A DNA stretch of 61,436 nt, the filler included, from Sphacelaria rigidula (taxonomy: Eukaryota): NCBI GenBank assembly GCA_964200075.2. It is 7 parts of 7 records of this genome, joined end to end, with 100 filler letters (N's around TTAATTAATTAA, not from the genome) between each part and the next. Parts side by side here need not be neighbours in the genome. Positions count along the whole stretch, not along the records: positions 43,958 to 52,647 come from CAXNAA020010369.1; positions 52,748 to 61,436 come from CAXNAA020010370.1; 5 more parts are not named here. One strand, given 5' to 3'. Shown one piece after another: positions 49,820 through 61,028 of this stretch. Numbering within the stretch: the stretch's first letter is position 1; each line of letters opens with the position of its first letter. Made by a program: the position numbers and the translations under genes. The notes below the pieces were generated by a model. That model saw only the letters and a list, made by a program, of their open reading frames with translations. It made no database searches and was not told the DNA's origin.

Positions 49820-51030
49820 GAGGATGGTTCAGACATGAGCATGCCGCTATAGCTGCGGTGGCGCGCGAGATCGCTGCCCAAAACATAGCGTACACAGACA
49901 CGTATACTGTCGTTAGCCAGGCCGTGACCCCTCCGCCTCTAAGGTCACTTCTCATGGCAAACAAACAACGCAAAAAAATGCTGTACGAGCTGGTCCAGCT
50001 GACAGTGATTTGCGAATGTATCCGTGCCGGGCGGTGGGTAATTCGAAGCGTTGGGCGCTAAAATTTCGACTCAACATCTTTATCATCACAACGCACAACC
50101 TTATCGGGGATGCCAAGAAGGGAAAAAAAACATGCAGTTAAAGCGATTTGAAGTTTTTCAAAACCCAGAAAAATGCTACAGGCTGGTTCACGTCGACCTC
50201 CAAAAAACATTCATCGGCAAAACCTCACGCCGTTTCAAGGAGTTAGTTTTTTAGACCCCGAAATCTTGCACGAATGTTCTGCGGGTAGTTATGCCACTTT
50301 CGAAGGTTTTTGATTTTTACTTTTTGACGTTTTTCACCGTTTCTCGGGGGTCCCAGTGTTGGGGGGGAGACCTCGACCCAATCGGACCCCCGTAAAAGGG
50401 TAATATATATATATATATATATATCCATCCAAAGTTGCTTAATGACCCAAAGCACAGGTATACAAAGTTTCAGGATCTAACCCCTTAAAACGGCGTGAGG
50501 TTTTTCGCTTTTGTGCGATGAACTTTGCCGTGCCGCGGTGAAACCGCAAACTACTTGATTTTAGTACCAAAACGGCGTTTTGGGGCCTTCTTTGACGTAA
50601 ACATGGAAATTCAAGCATCAGTTGATCGAGTTTTGCCTCGAAAATTTGTGGAGCCCATCCTTGGGTTATGCCGAGGCAGATAGTTCGCGAAAAAATGGAA
50701 ACAAATCGTAGTGTCGTTTTTCTGGGGTACCAGAATGGAGACTACTTCGAAAAACAACTTCGATCCCGTCGGACCCCCGAAAAACGATGAAAAACTCAAG
50801 ACCAACAAGGATGCCGAGAGCCGAGTTCGGGACACCTCTGATAACAAATATTCCACATCCATGTCATGATGAGAGGAGCGAATCTCTGGAAACTTATAAA
50901 TGCCCAGGCAACGAGGTTTTTCCAAATCTCCCTGGCAAAAGCCATTGATTCCCAGACACGTTCTTCTGTCTGGGAATTGACGTTCCATCACACACTCCTC
51001 GCCTACAAGTGTAGTACAGTCAGTCCAAAA
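49820..51030 (+). pseudogene. Possible relic of an intron-containing hAT-like transposase
   Basis: Exon-like 49820-50034 (cag|...GWFRHE...PPPLRSLLMANKQRKKMLYELVQLTVICECIRAGR|gt) and 50870-51030 (ATRFFQISL...LLAYKCSTVSP) recall, from memory only, hAT-type RW, ELAxVVD and AFKAARLFxP segments. Not verified. Confidence 0.3.
50180..50800. mobile_element. Truncated copy (one TIR) of the CAGGCTGGTTCACG element
   Basis: TA|CAGGCTGGTTCACG...CATCGGCAAAACCTCACGCCG; continues as the reverse complement of ~15670-16210 joined to 16606-16673. Confidence 0.85.
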
Positions 51031-51393
51031 GTGGTCGTGCATGTTGTATGTACAGTACCGTGGGGACAGACATTACAGTACAGAGCTTTTTTCGTCGACA
51101 ACTTTCCCACTCTAAAATAGCACGATGGCGCTCATGCTGGCTATGTTGACTGCTCGCATCGTGTATTAGTCGTCGTGCCCGCCACCGATTTCGAACTCTG
51201 AAGTATTCTGTGTACTGAGAAGGTCGCTACCGCACTACTGACTGTCACGTGAGTATGTTGTGTGCGTTATTGCACAAACCGTATGCTGCATACACTGCAC
51301 CGCTTGCGACACTACAACTGTACCAAGCGGCGGTCGGCTGAAATAAGAGTTGATACGCCTGTCATTTCGTTTATTTTAATACCTTTAGTTACT

Positions 51394-51407
51394 GTGCGTG
51401 TGCGTGC

Positions 51408-51444
<37 letters not shown>

Positions 51445-51460
51445 CATCCCATCTATCCTG
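51394..51460 (-). repeat. (GT)n microsatellite and SINE tail remnant
   Basis: (GTGC)n(GT)n followed by ATCATCCCATCTAT, like the SINE 3' end at 14455-14470. Confidence 0.65.
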
Positions 51461-52012
51461 TACCTCGACGAGATTATTTACGTATCAGTTCACGGCAGTT
51501 AGGACGAGCACCAAATGCAAATGATGACCACGATAATATACCACCGTCTTCACGCGGGCTTGATGATGGCCTCGGGTGTACAAATTCAACGATTTTCTAC
51601 AAACTAAAAGGTGGGGTTTTGAAAACTGGTTTCACTGAAATGTCTCTCAGAAAAGTAGTCCCGAATGACTTCTCTCAGAGATTGTCAGTCTATGAGAAGC
51701 GGCCTCACAAAAATCATCATTTCTCAATATAGGTTCTGAACAGATTTGGCAAGGCCACGCACAACGTGCACAGCTGATGAGCAGCTACGCATATGCCACA
51801 CATGTCGAAATTATTGCCGCCCAACAATTGTACGATCTTCCATTCTTGTTACTCAAGTTGGTCAACCTTATCCGGAGCCACCATCCGATGTTTTGTACAG
51901 CCACGATCACTACTATACATGGAGATACAGCAGCCTATCTTGACCATATATTTTCGACTTGCGTCACCCCCGGGAGGCCCGTACCAACCTCCCGAAGGGG
52001 AACCTTGTATCA

Positions 52013-52494
52013 CATGTTATTATGAACCCAAATTCGGAATACCTTTGGAAGCGAAAGAGTTCGTTTCCTCAAAGTACGTCGACATGGTTGAAATGACTCT
52101 CCTTATCCGGGGGAAAGTGTCCGCTTTGGGTCCGTTCAAGCGCTCGAACATAGTGTCGAACGGCATTATGAATCTTTTCTGACACTGGCATCTGCAAATC
52201 AATACAGTACCATCACGAATCGACAATTTAACGTTCTTCTTAGAAACCAACGGGCATCAAAGTGTTTGCAGTTTGGAATACGGACATTTTCATAGACCAG
52301 AAACTCTGTGTTCCCCCGTAGCCGTTAAAGACCGGTCTCAAAAACTATGTTGTCCTTCTTTCAAACTTGGCGGACGGACGGGGAAGCCGCAATCCCTCGG
52401 GTAAGGAGTGTCATTCCAACAATGTCGACGTACTTTGAGAAAGCGAACTCTTTCGTTTCCAAAGGTATTCCGAATTTGGGTTCATAATAACATG
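52013..52494. mobile_element. MITE with ~95-bp TIRs (possible TA TSD)
   Basis: CATGTTATTATGAACCCAAATTCGGAATACCTTTGGAA...GTACGTCGACAT at the left end and its reverse complement at ~52397-52494; flanks CA and TA. Confidence 0.85.
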
Positions 52495-52647
52495 TAATAT
52501 TATTACCGAGTGTGACCTCTATAGGCAGACGTCTGTAGACGGGAGGCAGTCAGTGGAGTTCATCAACGAAAGCTCCAGATCGCAGCTGACGCACCCCTCT
52601 GCACGATGCTAGCAACAGTTAGGTCACCACCATAGGTATCTTTTTTC

Positions 52648-52747
52648 NNNNNNNNNNNNNNNNNNNNNNNNNNNNNNNNNNNNNNNNNNNNTTAATTAAT
52701 TAANNNNNNNNNNNNNNNNNNNNNNNNNNNNNNNNNNNNNNNNNNNN
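52648..52747. other. Artificial contig linker
   Basis: N44-TTAATTAATTAA-N44. Confidence 0.97.
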
Positions 52748-52859
52748 GCTAGAACGAACCCAAGCGTGAGAATTCCCAGCTTCTCGTCGTGTTCGGCTTT
52801 TCCCACTTCGATTTACGTGAAGATTTTGCCTCCAAAACTCATGCGCTTTATGGGGGGGG

Positions 52860-54303
52860 GCTATCGTAGAAAGTGTCGTCGGAGGATGCTGGGTTTCGAT
52901 ACATTTTGGTAATCATGGATGATTCGAACAACTTTGTGGCTCTGGAACCAGTAGCAGTGCGTACTGCTAAATCGACCGCTGAATCTTTGCTGAATTGGTG
53001 CAAAACGTTGGGGGTGCCGCGTGTGTGGGTGAGTGATACCGTCACGCATTTCAAGAATGCGATCTTGGCCCGATTGCGAGAGGCTTTGCGCGTTGATCAC
53101 CCGTCTGCGGTAGCGTGTTCTTCGTGGTCTAACAGTACGTGCGAACGCATGGTCAAGGAAGAAATTCGTGCTCCTCGCTCAATTCTTCTCGAGCAGCGTA
53201 GAGCGGTTTCAGAGTGGGTGGACGTGGTGCCGGCGGTGCAATGGGCGCTTAATGCAGTGTATCGTCGCCGTTACGGTAGTACGCCGTACCACGTGATGCT
53301 TGGTCGTGCTCCTCGGATGTCTTTTTCGGTGCTGGCGTCTTCGTCGGCGGGGGAATGGAAGTGTGATGTCCTCTACGATGTTCAAATTAATCGTGCATTG
53401 CAAGACGTCTTGGACTTGCAAGAACGTTTCCACGTTCAAGTGCAGGAACGTGTTGCCGCTGAACGTGCGCGCAGACGTGAGGGGGCCTCGTCGGGGCTGG
53501 AATTGCCGAATTTTGAGGTAGGCGACTATGTATTGTATGCACGCGTGCGTCGTCCGGGTGTTCCGCCCAAGTTGATGGCGACTTGGACGGGTCCATGGAG
53601 AGTGGTTGTTGCTCATCACCCGCACGTGTTCGAGATTCAAAACATTGTTTCGGGTCGTGTTCAGACCGCCCATGTACCTCGTTTTCGTTTTTTCGCAGAC
53701 CCGTAGCTTACTGTCACGGCTGACGTTAAGGACGTAGTCCAGCATGCTTTCAATCAGGGGCTATTTCAAATGGCTGGTATTGTCCGGGTGGCAGAAGCAA
53801 ATGATCGTGCGTTGATCGTGTTGGTCGACTGGGTTGGTCTCAAAGTTGAGGAGCGTACGTGGGAGCCTTTCAAGGACATTTTTGAGGCCGCTCCGGACTT
53901 TCTTACGAAGGAGTTGCGTAAATTGTGCGTGACTCGTGCCGTTGCTACTCGCATCACGCGTGAGTTTGGTATTCAATTGTGACTTACTCATCGTTTTGGC
54001 GTTTTCTGTGTGTCAAGCTTGTTGATCGATTTTCGTCCACACGCTTTGGGGGTGCTGTGACGAGAATACGTCGTTGCATTGAGTTGGTAGGGACGATATG
54101 GATAATGACCGTTGGTAGCGATGATCTGGATAATGACCGGGGATTCTAGGTTGATACTCTGGCGTGTCTAGGTCGGTGCCTTGGAAGGGCACTCATGAAT
54201 AATGAGAATGTTGTAAAGGCTGACAGCTGAAACTGAGGCCAGTAAGACCGGGGGGCCCCTCAACCGTAGTGATCCAGCAATGCTTCCACTGGCTGGCGTC
54301 ATA
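52860..54303 (+). mobile_element. Ty3/Gypsy (chromodomain-containing) retrotransposon 3' part: integrase, GPY/F motif, chromodomain, PPT-like tract and 3' LTR
   Basis: Integrase YILVIMDD...WVSD...CER; WTGPW; chromodomain LVDWVG...RTWEP in the same frame after one in-frame TAG (53704-53706); stop at 53982; G-run at 54048-54052; LTR TGTGACG (54056)...CGTCATA (54303). Confidence 0.92.
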
Positions 54304-54602
54304 GACTATGATGAAAAAATAAAACATCTTCCGAAACTCACTAATGACTCGAGCACACGAGTCATGCTCATTGTGTTTTCAAAAATCATCCACGAGTGCA
54401 CTCGTTTCAACGAGTAATGACTCGTCTGACGTGTGAACTCCCCAGCTGCCGTGGCGCCAGTTTGTTTTGCCTCCATCCAGCCTACATTAAGTCACGGTGC
54501 AACGACTGATGCTTTGGCGATTCATTAGCGTCGCTTACGTGTTTCAAAGTGTGCATTTCGACCGAAAGAGAACATGTTTGTTCAACATATGATTATATAT
54601 AA

Positions 54603-55088
54603 CAGTGTTTTGGTGAGAGATTGAGAGTAGAGGACACGATTAAGAGCGGTCAAATAATTAGTGAAAGAATTTCAGTCCCGAAATGCCCCTCCACGAGGCC
54701 CGATGTGATGCGTGAGAGGACCGCGTGCTCAAGAGGACCGCATCGTAGCTCGAAACACCTCAAGGTCAACGGCTTTCAAAACTAATCGGGCCAGTCCTCG
54801 CAGGGACCACGCCCCGGAATCTAACCCCAACCCTGGCCGTAACCCTAACCCTAACCCCAGGAATGTTCAAATTCCGATGCGGTCCTCTAAGCACGCGGTC
54901 CTCTCACGCATTACACCCGATATGCTTCCTGTAATAGCCTGCCACTGAAGCCCTTGATATCCCTCAGTAAGATATCGACGTGTGGCTGTAAGCATACGCC
55001 AGCTTGACAGGCACAAAGCACATCAATTTACAGCGGATGATAGCACCCACTCTCAATCGACGCTCACTCAGAATCACAAAAATATCGT
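54603..55088. mobile_element. CAGTG-family TIR element interrupted by a telomeric-repeat MITE
   Basis: Left end CAGTGTTTTGGTGAGAGATTGAGAGTAGAG; collinear with 18365-18656 once 54704-54920 is removed. Confidence 0.8.
54704..54915. mobile_element. TGT...ACA telomeric-repeat MITE, copy 3 (TSD CCCGA)
   Basis: CCCGA|TGTGATGCGTGAGAGGACCGCG...AACCCTAACCCTAACCCC...GCGGTCCTCTCACGCATTACA|CCCGA. Confidence 0.92.
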
Positions 55089-56514
55089 AATATATTACTA
55101 GACTACTATTTCGCAATTACTCGTGCTGGCATCTTCTTTACCATTGTTCCCTTTTGTACATTTTGCGCCAAGTATATGCCCAATACCTGCTAGTCTTCCC
55201 GGTACACCACAGGACATCCCCAGCTGACACCTTTGTTTCGTCATCCGTCATCACACCACACCACCGCCATGTTACCAGAACACCGGCAAAAACCACTGTT
55301 TTGAGACATGAGCGAACACTAACATAACTCCTTTTACTGCTATACGATGGATACTAAAGCTTCTCGGATTCTTGTTTATACCCCTAGCATACTATTATGC
55401 TGAGACGAGCACAGAAAAAGATACGAAAGGCGAGACGCGAGATGGCGCAAGAATATTCCAACGACACTACGAGTACTACTTGATGGCGCACAAATTGGCA
55501 GCACAAAGGATCCTTTAGAAGAAACCTTACGCGTACAACAAAAGACCAAGCAAGCGACGTGAGACCCGCATGGATGAACGTCACGTTTCAGTCACAAATA
55601 TCACCCGCTGTGTTTTCTGTTCCCGTCAACACGACCGCGCGGAACCCATACACGTAAAGCGGCCTTTCCTCACATCTATGCATCAAGTTCTATGAAAGCT
55701 CCACGGAAGAAGGTAACATTCGCACGAGAGCGCCGCCACCGGACGACACGATACCATCAGCAAAATATCAGTTGAAGAATACCCTGTAAAGGAAATAAAG
55801 GAGCAAAACCCACAACACATAACCAACACGATCACCGCCCCCCTCGACCAGCTACTTTTCCACGCACACACAGGGACTGAGCGTTAGAACGCTGGTCTTC
55901 ACCCTTCGGCGCTGTGAGTACCATCATGCGCGCGTGCGATACCATGACCACGGACAAAAACGACACGACAACACAGTAGTATCACAACAAGAAAGCGATG
56001 GTCATGCGTGTACACGCCACAGCAGAGCACTTGCCCACGAGCAAGCTCGAAAGCTTTACACTATATTATATATGCAACAGCATTATTATGAATATGCAAC
56101 GAGCGACCGCACTCTTCTATCACGTCACCGTCCTCTTCCCCACTCTGTCCACATTGAACCCCCGCATGTCATTCACACCAACACGCACTCACGGCAGAGA
56201 ACAAAGCGTAGTCGACACCATCCTGTGTACATTCATCTCACACCCTGCATAATTATGACAAATAGATTACGTTGTCGAGAAAGTGTACCGCGTGCAGTAT
56301 ATGGAATATATATTGTCCATTATTGCCATAGACGCAATAGTAGATACTGTACGCAGTGCACTCGTGGACAAAATGTAGCGTATTGTCATGTTATCCAGGG
56401 TGTGATACATTTCTCCGACAAAAATGTAAATAAGGAAGATACTGAGATACATGCGGCAGCACGGTTGCCGTGCCCAACCGCAAAATATGATGAAACTATC
56501 ACGCAATACACCGT

Positions 56515-56737
56515 TGTAATGCGTGAGAGGACCGCGTGCTTAGAGGACCGCGCCGTAGTTCAAAATACCTCAGGATCGACGTTTTTCAAAACCAATCGGG
56601 TCAGTCCCTGCAGGTACCACTCCCCTGACCCTAACCCCAACACTAACCCTAACCCTAACCCTAACCCTAACCCTAATCATAGGGATGTCCAAATTCCGAT
56701 GCGGTCCTCTAAGCACGCGGTCCCCTCACGCGTTACA
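56515..56737. mobile_element. TGT...ACA telomeric-repeat MITE, copy 4 (TSD CCGT)
   Basis: CCGT|TGTAATGCGTGAGAGGACCGCGTGCTTAGAGGACCGC...(CCCTAA)5...CACGCGTTACA|CCGT. Confidence 0.93.
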
Positions 56738-57132
56738 CCGTCACTCGAAGCATGCAGCACAACATCACACCACAGCACTTGGATCAATAAATGGGCACAA
56801 CAGAATTCACAACACGCTTTCACACATCATAGTACGCCCCAAACCACGTCGTGAGATGTCTACACGTCATCACACTACGTCGCCGTCATTTGTCGTGACG
56901 ATTCTTCGCGCACAACACAGGGCAAGCAAGCACATTCTTTCCAGACTCACACTCACCATCCCAACACCAAAAGTGCACAAAATATTGTAAAATAAATATG
57001 TCGCGTCGGCAAGGATAAAACACACCACCACCAGTAACATGCACAAAATCTTGATATATATGTAATGTATGATTTCCCAACTCGCGACAAACAGTAAGCA
57101 GCACAAAGGACAGGCACAGCAGTCCCTACTGT

Positions 57133-60100
57133 CTACTGGCCAACGGGGATGCACTGAGCGAAGTAGTCGCCCCTTCCGACGCACTCGGCACCGTCATCGC
57201 AGCAGGTGGGCCCATCCCAGTCCGTCCCACCACATTTTTCCCAAACCGCGGAGCACCCGCCATCGACATCCTCACTGAAAGGCTCGGCACGCTCTTCGTC
57301 GGTCTGAGTCTCGGTCCTCTTCCCGGACTTTTCAGGCTTCCTCTTCGTGCTCCGCTCAGTCTCAGGCGACGACATAGTGCTCAGTTCCGAATCGGTCGAT
57401 GTCGATTCGCCCTCTATCGACCCGCCCTCCATCGACTCGCTTTCCATTGACCCGCTCTCCATCGACTCGCCCTCCATCGACTCGCCCTCCATCGACTCGT
57501 AAGAAGGAGGATACTTGTCAGTTCCCGACGAGTAGGAAGGCGAGTCATCCATCTCCAATGGTTCAGCTGTGGGCTCGGGCATAGGCTCGGTTGCTTCCGG
57601 CTCCGGCTCGGGGGCTGTGGGTGCAGGGGCGAGCTCGGGCTTCGGTGAGGGTCCGGTGGATCCGCCTGGCACGGGAGGATGGGGAAATGGGGCGCAAGGA
57701 CACGGGAAGGACGGGGGAGGGGGGGCGTACTCATTTGTTGCTTGCCTCGATCGTTTGGCATTGAGGGAGGACGACGGGTCAGTAGCTCGCCGCTGAAGAG
57801 GCTACTTCACGCCGGTCGAAGAATGTGTATTTTTGATGCGCAAGCTGTCGCTGACAGAAAACAAGCGACAAGACGCTCCGGAACGATAAGAGAAAAACAT
57901 GGATGAAAAAAACGCACCAGAGGTGATGGAGACATCGGCGCAGTTCCAGAACTCCTCAGGGTAACTGTCGCCAACACCGCACATCCCGGGGTCCAGAGTG
58001 ATCCAGTCCTCCTTGTTGGGTGCGCACTCACTTGGCCACGAGGGAGGGTTGAACCCCTCGTACCCAGGGTGGTAGCACGAGTTGCCAGTGTCTACAAGAT
58101 GTCACGAGAGGTAGGAGGGGCGTGGCGACGACAGAGGGGTGACAGGTTTGTGGAAAACAACACACAAAAAAGAAAAGAAGACACGAATGTGACGCGTAGT
58201 AAAATAGCTGTGCCCCAGGCCACGCGGACGTGAAAACCTGAGCCCCGAACCGCGAATCAACTCACTTCACATGTCTGTTCCTGTAATGCGTGAGAGGACC
58301 GCGTGCTTGGAGGACCGCATCGGAATTTGAACATCCTTATGGTTAGGGTTAGGGTTAGGGTTGGGGTTGGGGTTATGATCAGGGGCGTAGTATTTTTTTC
58401 AACTACGGCGCAGTCCTCCAAGCACGCGGTCCTCCCACGCATTACAGTGCCGATAAAGTTGTGAAGCAGCTTACAGCCATCTACAGACAAACGAGTAGAG
58501 TAGTACAGGCTGCAACCGCTCAGTACCACCCTGACTCCACATCGAGCGCTCATGTAGCCGTACACCACGTCTGATTTCCCCGATTAGCACAACTCACAGT
58601 AAACCATCTGGATGGTGCATCTCTCGCACGTCAGACCCTTGGGCAGCTGGTAGCGCGCGGTAACTACATCCCCGGTGGACGTTCCCTCGGGCTTCGACTG
58701 GTCTGTCTCTGCGGCCCGGCACGGTGGGTCCACGTAGTAGCGGCCCGGGTGGTCCGGATCTATGGGGCTAGCGTCCCCGTCGTCATCGGCCCGGTCGAGC
58801 GGGTACTTGTTGAAGCAGCTCTGCGTGACAGGACCATCGGGCCCGCCCGGGAGGTCATCGGCGTTACAGACGAAGAACTCCAGATGGCCCTGTTGTGCGA
58901 CCCGGTCGGGGAGCCGGAAGGGGTAAGGGAAACGGGGAAGAGGGGGGGAGGGGGGTACTCATGATCGTGTACGTCGTAATCATGTGACCAATGACCTCGT
59001 ATTCCAACAAAGCCGGGACAAAGCACGCCGGGTTTCGTCGGACCAGGCTCGCTATCAATCACGAAGCGCCAAGTATCGTGATGTATTCGGCGAGTCGAAT
59101 GAAGGATGAGCTGCATCCTGCCAAGATTTCTCGGCCCGCAGCGTACTGGATCGTTGTGCATGTGCATGGCAGCCTCGAATGAGTTGCTTCATTTTCTGGT
59201 ATCGCGACTTCCAGATACAGTAAGGGGTTACACATTGCGTCATGGGTGTCACACGGGGGGTGGGGGGGGGGGGCGTACTCATTGGTTGCTGGCCTCTGTG
59301 GTTTGACCATTGACCACGCATCCCCTTCGAGACGGAGCATTTATAGTTGGGGGGGGGGGATGCCATGCGCTGAGAGGTGCTGAGAAAATTGGTATCAAAG
59401 TCTCATCGATGTGGTCCACCTTGACCAACAGAGACCGTCGGCGCTATGCTTTATATGTAAGTCCACAGGACCCTGTCGGTTAGAAAGGGGCTGCGGCACA
59501 GGGCTATCGAAAACCCCATCAGAGTTAGAGTTGAAAAAACAAATGCTTTAGTATCATTCGGCAGAGCGGGGGCGGGGTGTAATGTGTGAGAGGACCGCGT
59601 GCTTAGAGGACCGCGCCGTAGTTCAAAATACCTCAGAATCACGTTTTTCAAAACCATTTGGGTCAGTCCCTGCAGGTACCACGTCCCTGACCCCAACCCC
59701 AACCCCAACCCTAACCAGAGGGGTGTTCAAATTCCGATGCGGTCCTCCAAGCACTCGTTCCTCTCACGCATTACACGGGGGGCGAGGGGAAAACTTCGTC
59801 AGCTCAGGGTGGCACCTGTAGTGCATGAGAGGACCGCGTGCTTAGAGGACCGTGCTGTAGTTCAAAACACCTGAGGATCGACGTTTTTCAAAACCAATCG
59901 CGCCAGTCCCTTCAGGCACCACGCCCCTGACCCTAACCCCAACACTAACCCCAACCCTAACCATAGAGGTGTTCAAATTCCGATGCGGTCCTTCAAGCAC
60001 ACGGTCCTCTCATGCATTGCAGCACCAACGAATCGCTTGCCCGTGGTGTACCGTGAGGAAACAACTTTACGGTTGGTTGAGAGCGCAACAAGGCCTATAC

Positions 60101-61001
60101 GTACCTGACTGTAGTGTAGCGACTGGAGGAAGTCAAAATCGTCACGCGAGGCCGACAGACATGATAAAACCTGAGACTAGGTCCTAAACCTGGATACCCT
60201 GACCGATGCCAGCTGTATTTCAGTGCCACGCAATATCAATCGGTCGCAACTGGCCGTGTCAATCACTCGCCGCCACACGTATGTGCCCTAGTTGGTACAT
60301 GGATCATCTTGGAGCTGATTAGGGCGGGGTTCGCTGCTCGCACGGGAAGATGTGATCCCTTTCCGAGTAGAACCTTATTTATGTCATTAAACTTTGACGA
60401 AGAGTCACTCAAGTCCTGTTTACATCCTTATCGGGAATTGATTTGACGACGAAATGATGAGTTTTCACACCGAAACAAAAATGCCAAAGCCCCTGAACCA
60501 TCAGAGCATCTATTCTATTCTTGAAAAACACGCAACGGGGAGGGTCTACGCGGGGAGAAGCGATTGAGAACAGGGATATTTGAGCTCTTATCCACGCAGC
60601 TATATATGTGAACGAACAACCCCTGGAAATTCGCACACTCAGGGAAAGTGGCGCGCGGGGGTTGGGGATGCCAAGGGTTCCCCTGTAACCGAGGCAATGT
60701 GAGTACGGTGTAGCACGGTAGCAGTACTTGTAGAAACTTCAAGGTGTACATGGATTATCGGGGGGCAGTGAGTGAGTGACCCAGAGGTGAACGTGTTGTG
60801 TGTCAGCAAAGGTGTAATGCTTGCTCCTCAAAGCACTCTCATGCCGCAAGTAGAGGGCGGAGACTCAAATCAATCAAGGCTCACCCAGTGGTACGTGGAC
60901 ATGACGACCTTCATCTCCACCACGGAGCCCTCCGCCAGGGTCTCGAGGACGGGGTATACGCTGTTGTCCTGCGCGTACTTGTTATCGCCTTCGGGCTGAG
61001 T
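57133..61001 (-). CDS. AA15-like lytic polysaccharide monooxygenase + acidic P/E/S linker + C-terminal CBM1; 4 exons, 5'-partial
   Basis: Phase-consistent exons: 61001-60885 (...ETLAEGSVVEMKVVMSTYHW), 58889-58598 (GHLEFFVC...TQSCFNKYPL...YQLPKGLTCERCTIQMVY), 58091-57918 (TGNSC...PEEFWNCADVSIT), 57665-57133 (linker; CSAVWEKCGGTDWDGPTCCDDGAECVGRGDYFAQC = CBM1; stop). HxGxxEFxxC, LPxGLTCxxC and ExFxNCAD are AA15-type motifs. Confidence 0.88.
58282..58446. mobile_element. TGT...ACA telomeric-repeat MITE, copy 5 (intronic, internally deleted)
   Basis: GTTCC|TGTAATGCGTGAGAGGACCGC...(TTAGGG)3(TTGGGG)2...CGCATTACA|GTGCC. Confidence 0.92.
59578..59775. mobile_element. TGT...ACA telomeric-repeat MITE, copy 6 (TSD CGGGG, intronic)
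   Basis: CGGGG|TGTAATGTGTGAGAGGACCGC...CTCACGCATTACA|CGGGG. Confidence 0.93.
59817..60021. mobile_element. TGT...ACA telomeric-repeat MITE, copy 7 (TSD GCACC, intronic)
   Basis: GCACC|TGTAGTGCATGAGAGGACCGC...CTCATGCATTGCA|GCACC. Confidence 0.92.
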
Positions 61002-61028
61002 CTGCGTTGCGTGTATTCAGGTCGCGCG

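Noticed and set aside
15670-50800. Long-range inversion bounded by 15670-16210 and 50180-50800
   Set aside because: These are two dispersed copies of one transposon family on unrelated contigs.
56625-56677. (CCCTAA)n tracts as true telomeres or chromosome-fusion scars
   Set aside because: All tracts are short and lie inside TIR-bounded MITE copies.
55934-56854. 306-aa ORF containing PNPNPN
   Set aside because: It reads through MITE copy 4; the PN repeat is translated CCCTAA.
20314-61001. Apparent cell-wall/defence cluster (WSC-CAP, EsV-1-7, LPMO-CBM1)
   Set aside because: The three genes are on three separate length-sorted contigs, so their proximity is an artefact.
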